Assembly (NCBI GenBank): GCA_013334825.1
Contig: JAAXWR010000001.1
Span: 267,769 to 331,768, forward strand
Direction: 5' to 3'
Length of the DNA: 64,000 nt
DNA from: Candidatus Yonathbacteria bacterium
Lineage (GTDB): Bacteria > Patescibacteriota > Minisyncoccia > Phycocordibacterales > JACNGX01
In this document: piece after piece, positions 58,792 through 64,000 of the stretch
How positions within the stretch are numbered: position 1 is the stretch's first letter
Layout: each line of letters starts with the position of its first letter
Made by a program: the position numbers and the translations under genes
Notes under the pieces: model-generated
Database searches by the model: none
Seen by the model: the letters and a program-made list of their open reading frames with translations, nothing else
Told to the model about the DNA's origin: nothing

Positions 58792-61071
58792 TTATTTATA
58801 AATCTTTGCGACGCCATTGTCATATAATTGATTCTTGTAGGTATCAAAAAATTCTGTAGGAACATTATATGCATATTCTTCATTGTTAACGAGGTAGCTT
58901 GATAACCCAGCAACTGTATTCATGTGCGTGAGAAACACATATCCGTTTACATCAATCATAGAAGGAAGGAGAGTTATAAAAATCTGTGAAGACAATATGT
59001 TTCCATGGGCACTTAAGCGATTGTATCCGGATGAACTTGCAAATATAGGGGAACTATCATTATGTGTCGCAAGCCATTGCGCAGCCGTAACTTCTTCTTC
59101 TTGTGCATAAAATTTCTCATAATCTGCACCAGCATTGTTAAGAGAAAGAAATGTAGGACCCCCTACGAGTGTAAAAATAATTCCGTTATAGAAAAGAAGA
59201 AGAATAATATATGAGATGGTCATTGCGATATAAGCATCTTTTTTTTGAAAAAAAATAGAGAAGATGGAAAGTCCTCCCACTACACTTAGAAGTCCCCAAA
59301 TAACAAGCAGTTGAAAAAACATGCGATCGATATTGTACTGTGTTAAAGCATCAGGTAATATAAGAAGTAATATGAGTATAATAAATCCACTTCCCGCAAG
59401 TAGAACATACTCACTTGACACGAGTTTACGTTTCAACCACCAACCTAGAAGTACAAAAAATCCAAATATTACAAATATATTATTGAGGAATAATTTAAAA
59501 AATACTGATAATTGTTTTGTGAACACATGTGGAACGTCACCCAAATAACGTTGAGTTTCTAAGAAATCCATTCGGCTTATGTGTTCTTCAGAGAATTTAT
59601 TCTCTGAATAAAAATGAAAATCTGAATGATTTTTTTTAAAATTAAGACTTTCTCGCGTTACATATGTGTTAACGTCCTCAAAATGAGGGTATGGGAAAAA
59701 TAATTGATTAATAGAACGGGCGACCGTATCATATGAAAATACTTCTGAAATATTTGATTGGGAATGATCAATGAATCCAGTGATATTATTTCCTGTTTTT
59801 GTTATAACGCCACTCCAAATAAATGCAACTCCAGCAAGAAATATAAGAAACCACATACTAATTGAATGAGAGATTTCTCCGAGTGTGGTTGGTGGTGAGA
59901 AACGTTTCAGTATTCTAAGAATAGAATTTAGAAGAAATGTAATTCCAAGTAGGAAAAGAGCGACATATGTCGTTGAATAATGTGATAGGATCATACTTGT
60001 TCCATATAAAACAAGTAAGACATTTCTATTTTTTGATTTGATCTTTTCTGAAAAAATAATGAACAATATTAAACTAAAAAAAAGAAAACCAAATTCTTGG
60101 CGTATAAGAGTTGGCATGCCATGAGAAAATACAGCACTTCCAAGAAACATCGTAGTAGCAAGTATCGCTTTACGTTGTCCAGTAAGTTCTTTAATAAAAT
60201 AGTATAGGCCGATAGGCATCAATGCAAATATTGCTTGGAAGAGAAACTTAAATATGTATTCATCGACAAAATGAGTAAAACGCAAAAATATAGTTGGAAG
60301 TATGGTAATACTCAGGCATGCGTTATAAGCATCTTGCAAATGTGACATGGACCAAAACGCAGAACCATGTGTCATACGAAAAACTTGTAGTTCATTATTT
60401 ATATCCCATCCAACAACATGGAGACTACGCATTGACATTCCTAAAAGGAGTGCAAAAGACACGGCATAAACCCACGTCAATATAAAAGTTTCATTTTGTG
60501 AAGTAATACGTATTCCGGCATATAAAAGAAATCCAGCGATTCCTAAGAGGGTTGCTATTGCAAGAAAGTTTGATCCGCCATTATTGAGGATAGTAGCTCC
60601 ACCAATCGCAGAAAGTGGGAGAAGGAAAGCAAGGGCTTGTAGCCATACTTGGTGGGGTTGAAAATGAATTTTTTTTGGGGAAAATATATGTATACGACGC
60701 CCGAGAAGAGTACCGATTATAATAAAAATAATAAATAAAATATCGAAAAATATGAGAAGTGGTATTTTTTCCAAAGGTTTCCAAATACCAAATAATGGTA
60801 AAAGAGTATTTTCTATGAGTCCACCAATGAGAAGTATCGCAATACTGAGTGATACAATATGAAGGATACGTTCCCATATCGTTTCTGGATAAAAATTTAG
60901 AATGCGCAAGAGAAGAACGCCGGGAAGAATAAGTAAAAAGAGTAGACCAAAAACATCGCTCATGATAGGTATACCAGAAAGAATCCCTATGTTGAGGATG
61001 ATGAGTGCAAGGATATCAACCCACTGTGGTGTTACGGTAAGAAATTTTTTGATATGTGGAAAGACACTCAT
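58792..61071 (-). CDS. Large polytopic membrane protein (DUF2206-like, possible GT-C fold)
   Basis: Many TM helices; GWDINNE, LSITILP, RQE and SHYST motifs. Confidence 0.7.
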   Translation of the reverse strand: MSVFPHIKKFLTVTPQWVDILALIILNIGILSGIPIMSDVFGLLFLLILPGVLLLRILNFYPETIWERILHIVSLSIAILLIGGLIENTLLPLFGIWKPLEKIPLLIFFDILFIIFIIIGTLLGRRIHIFSPKKIHFQPHQVWLQALAFLLPLSAIGGATILNNGGSNFLAIATLLGIAGFLLYAGIRITSQNETFILTWVYAVSFALLLGMSMRSLHVVGWDINNELQVFRMTHGSAFWSMSHLQDAYNACLSITILPTIFLRFTHFVDEYIFKFLFQAIFALMPIGLYYFIKELTGQRKAILATTMFLGSAVFSHGMPTLIRQEFGFLFFSLILFIIFSEKIKSKNRNVLLVLYGTSMILSHYSTTYVALFLLGITFLLNSILRILKRFSPPTTLGEISHSISMWFLIFLAGVAFIWSGVITKTGNNITGFIDHSQSNISEVFSYDTVARSINQLFFPYPHFEDVNTYVTRESLNFKKNHSDFHFYSENKFSEEHISRMDFLETQRYLGDVPHVFTKQLSVFFKLFLNNIFVIFGFFVLLGWWLKRKLVSSEYVLLAGSGFIILILLLILPDALTQYNIDRMFFQLLVIWGLLSVVGGLSIFSIFFQKKDAYIAMTISYIILLLFYNGIIFTLVGGPTFLSLNNAGADYEKFYAQEEEVTAAQWLATHNDSSPIFASSSGYNRLSAHGNILSSQIFITLLPSMIDVNGYVFLTHMNTVAGLSSYLVNNEEYAYNVPTEFFDTYKNQLYDNGVAKIYK

Positions 61072-62927
61072 GCTTTTTTGTTAGTTGAGCAAATAATATC
61101 TTCAGGGATAACGAATGAAATATTGGAATGACGAGCGACAACAGAGAGAAATTCTTCGAGAATACGTGGTCTATTGCCTGTTCCTATAACCCAGTCATGA
61201 AAAGATACCGTATATATATCTTCCGCATCAAGGACATTATCTACAAGAGTGTGTACTGCATGATTAATAATAGAAGGCGGTGTGTCTTCATGTATGTTTG
61301 GCAATCCAACAAGTTCAGTATCAAACGGAGCATGTGCTGGTATTTCCCAAAGACCATCTTTAAGAAAAGGTGTTGCACCTGAAAGTAGCCATCGAAGATT
61401 TTGTATAGGAGCAATTCGCGTTTCAGGAACAATTGCGTATGTGAATAACATACGCCAGTTAAGTAGTACAAAAAGTGTTTTACGAAAAAATCTTATTTTC
61501 ATAGGAAGCGCAAGAGGAGAAAAATTCGTATGTAAAAATTCACGCTCATGACGGATGCTTCGATTGCTTATCCATGTATAACCATGTTTTTTTAGGAGAC
61601 TATATAATGCAGTTGAATAGAATCTGGGAGCCATAAGATATGGCGCACGAAAACCGGTCACCGTTTTTCCGGATAGTTCTTTTGCAAGATGAGATGCTTC
61701 AATAAGGTGGTTTTCAAATTCAACAAGTTTTTCTTTTTCGTAATTATCAAGATGCTCATGCGTATATCCATGCATCGCAATATAATGACCATCATTTACA
61801 ATAATACGTATTACATCGGGATGTGTTTTAAATAATGTTCCAAGCACAAAAAAAGTTGCTTTTATGTTATATTTTTTAAGAACTGACAAAATGATTTCAG
61901 TTGATTGCATGATATTATATGAAATTTCTTGATTGGGCATACCGTCTACTCCTTCGAAATCAAAACATACCATAAGACGTGCTGTATGTTTAGGATGCTC
62001 AGGATCAAATATGCCAACGGTACGACCTATATAATATGCCCCGATAAGTATCGTCTGTGTGAGCCAAGCAGGAATAAATAAAAGGATATCTTTTTTTGAG
62101 ATGTAAAAACGAGTATAAAGATGAATTGCTGATGTTAAAGCAATATATACGAATGGAAGAAAGAGCGGCAACCATGTATTAAATATAAATGTTGTTACAA
62201 GTCCTGTAAGTAAGGAACCAAGAAATACTATCCATGCAGCGTCAGGGAAACGAAATTTTTTTTGAGTTCTCAACTGACGAGTAGCTCCCTTTCCCATTTC
62301 AAATAGCCATCGGAATGATTCCGCAAATGATTTACCTTCTTTGTGAGCGACGACTAAATGTTCTAGTGAGCGCATGGGAACATTGTTTCGTTCCATTGCG
62401 TGCATAAATGCTACATCTTCTCCATTTTCTAATCTGCTATCAAAAGAAAAACTATCAAAAAGTTTGCGTTTATAAAGTCCGTTTCCCCCACTGACGGTAA
62501 CTGTGTGTCTTAAAAGTTTTGGTTTTAAATTGAATATTCCATATACAAAGTTAACATCCGCATCAGGTGTTGCAAGCCCGCCTACTGCGTCGTATTTGTC
62601 CATTTCAGCAAGACACATTGTATACCAATGGTTTGGTAAAATAATATCTGCATCTACAAATGCGATATATGTATCACCTTTTGCGGATCGTATTCCTGCT
62701 GCACGTGCCGCACCTCTTCCTTGGTTGTATGGAAGCGATACAATAACAATGCGAGGATCTTCTTTTACATGACGTTGAACGACCTCAAGTGTATGGTCTT
62801 TTGAACCGTCATCAACAACTATGATTTCGGTATTCGAAGTACCATTGAGGTTTCTAACCGATGTTAAACATGCATCGATGGTTTTTTCTTCATTATACGC
62901 AATGATGATAAATGATGTATCAGGCAT
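61068..62927 (-). CDS. GT2 glycosyltransferase fused to polysaccharide deacetylase
   Basis: N-terminal VDDGSKD/FVDAD; TM helices; C-terminal CFDFE, ATFFV, HGYTH and GFRAP NodB-type motifs. Confidence 0.88.
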   Translation of the reverse strand: MPDTSFIIIAYNEEKTIDACLTSVRNLNGTSNTEIIVVDDGSKDHTLEVVQRHVKEDPRIVIVSLPYNQGRGAARAAGIRSAKGDTYIAFVDADIILPNHWYTMCLAEMDKYDAVGGLATPDADVNFVYGIFNLKPKLLRHTVTVSGGNGLYKRKLFDSFSFDSRLENGEDVAFMHAMERNNVPMRSLEHLVVAHKEGKSFAESFRWLFEMGKGATRQLRTQKKFRFPDAAWIVFLGSLLTGLVTTFIFNTWLPLFLPFVYIALTSAIHLYTRFYISKKDILLFIPAWLTQTILIGAYYIGRTVGIFDPEHPKHTARLMVCFDFEGVDGMPNQEISYNIMQSTEIILSVLKKYNIKATFFVLGTLFKTHPDVIRIIVNDGHYIAMHGYTHEHLDNYEKEKLVEFENHLIEASHLAKELSGKTVTGFRAPYLMAPRFYSTALYSLLKKHGYTWISNRSIRHEREFLHTNFSPLALPMKIRFFRKTLFVLLNWRMLFTYAIVPETRIAPIQNLRWLLSGATPFLKDGLWEIPAHAPFDTELVGLPNIHEDTPPSIINHAVHTLVDNVLDAEDIYTVSFHDWVIGTGNRPRILEEFLSVVARHSNISFVIPEDIICSTNKKA

Positions 62928-62992
62928 ATTATACAAAAGAATCCCCTGCGGATAACCGTGGTGTAAAATAATAAGTTATACGATTCGCACTG

Positions 62993-64000
62993 TTATTCCG
63001 TATTAAAGTGCGCAGCGAATTCTTTGAGAGTAACATAAGCAGGTTTTTGTGTCAAGTCATGCCTAAGTATACCAAAGAAGTTTTCGGGAGATGTTTTTGC
63101 CGTACCAAGGTCACGGAAACTATACCAAAAGAATGGGCCGAGGTATGAAGTATGGTCAGTATACAGGGCTACTGTTTCTTGAGCCATTTGATCTTGGGCT
63201 GCTTCTGTTACATAGTCTGCTCCATAGACGAATGTTGATGGGTTGATGGTGCGCGCTTTACCCGGACCACCTGTCGGTGCGCCATATTCGGTAAGCCAGA
63301 TACGTTTGGCACTGTCACCATTTGCGACCATGATGTCACGGATATCTGCGATCTGTTCCCAGTTATTCCACTCCACATCACGTGTCGGACTGAGTGGGTA
63401 GGTATACGGATGAAGTGCGATTGCATCAAATGAATCTTTTGCTCCATAGGTATAGAGACCTTTTACAAAGGTGATAGGTGAAATATTACCATCCTCGTCC
63501 CCTGCTGGAGCAACACCACCAGTGATGACAAATGCATCGGGGTTCGCGCGTTTGATGGCGGTATAGGTTACTTTGAGAAGTTCGGCATATCGTGCGACGT
63601 TGGGAGTGGCATATCCGTCTTGGGGTGTGTTTTGTTCATTCCAGATTTCCCAATGGGAGACCGTTCCTTTGTATCGTGTAGCAACTAACGATGCAAATGT
63701 TGCAAAAGCATCTGCATCAACAGGCGCACAGGTGTTCTGTTTGATACATGTTGAGTTTTGTGCCCAGACAGGTGCATAGGTGATGATACCAAGAGAATTG
63801 ATGCCATATTTTTTGGCTGTGTTTGCAACGCGGTCGGGGTCTTCCCAGTAGTAGACGTTGGGACCTGCTTCTTGGACGGCACCCCAGTTGATATCCCAAC
63901 GCACCCATGTGACGCCGGCATCTTTGAGTCCTTGGAAATAGGTATTGAGTTCACTTTGAGTCATGGCAGTGAGTCCGCTTCCCGCTGCGATACCAAGCGC
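62993..64000 (-). CDS. Clan GH-A glycoside hydrolase, paralog of 53009-54373, 5'-truncated
   Basis: WVRWD, WEIWNE, ALHPY and WLTEYGAPT motifs; frame open to window end (ALGIAAGSGL). Confidence 0.85.
   Translation of the reverse strand, partial: ALGIAAGSGLTAMTQSELNTYFQGLKDAGVTWVRWDINWGAVQEAGPNVYYWEDPDRVANTAKKYGINSLGIITYAPVWAQNSTCIKQNTCAPVDADAFATFASLVATRYKGTVSHWEIWNEQNTPQDGYATPNVARYAELLKVTYTAIKRANPDAFVITGGVAPAGDEDGNISPITFVKGLYTYGAKDSFDAIALHPYTYPLSPTRDVEWNNWEQIADIRDIMVANGDSAKRIWLTEYGAPTGGPGKARTINPSTFVYGADYVTEAAQDQMAQETVALYTDHTSYLGPFFWYSFRDLGTAKTSPENFFGILRHDLTQKPAYVTLKEFAAHFNTE

Overview
64 kb of a bacterial chromosome, most likely Patescibacteria/CPR (Parcubacteria-like). This is an inference from gene content, the near-absence of Shine-Dalgarno motifs and many apparently leaderless genes. 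The code is standard code 11, since TGA terminates core genes. The backbone has cell-wall genes (dac, mraY, ftsW, murG, M23 peptidase, mltG, ctpA), aminoacyl-tRNA synthetases (gltX, cysS, leuS), mnmA, ychF, rpmA/rplI/rplU, dnaB, recR, rmuC, nth, mutY, corA, a PAS kinase with two receiver proteins and an AT-rich glycan locus at the right end. No rRNA, tRNA, CRISPR array, integrase or transposase was seen. The unusual content lies between core genes: (i) about 14 stand-alone ORFan cassettes sharing a -35/-10 promoter, a boxA-like leader and a hairpin terminator; (ii) two ORF-less structured RNA candidates with their own promoter and terminator (27.7-28.0 kb and 40.9-41.1 kb); (iii) a GIY-YIG nuclease pseudogene bracketed by covarying REP-like palindromes that recur elsewhere; (iv) a four-helix-bundle gene bracketed by inverted 7-mer tandem arrays, with many gene-less relatives; (v) a mosaic palindrome/heptamer repeat family, with repeat material inserted in frame in mnmA and leuS; (vi) a 51-bp duplication of the ychF 3' end bounding a 1.1-kb islet. 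All calls come from manual reading and motif recall; no database searches were run.
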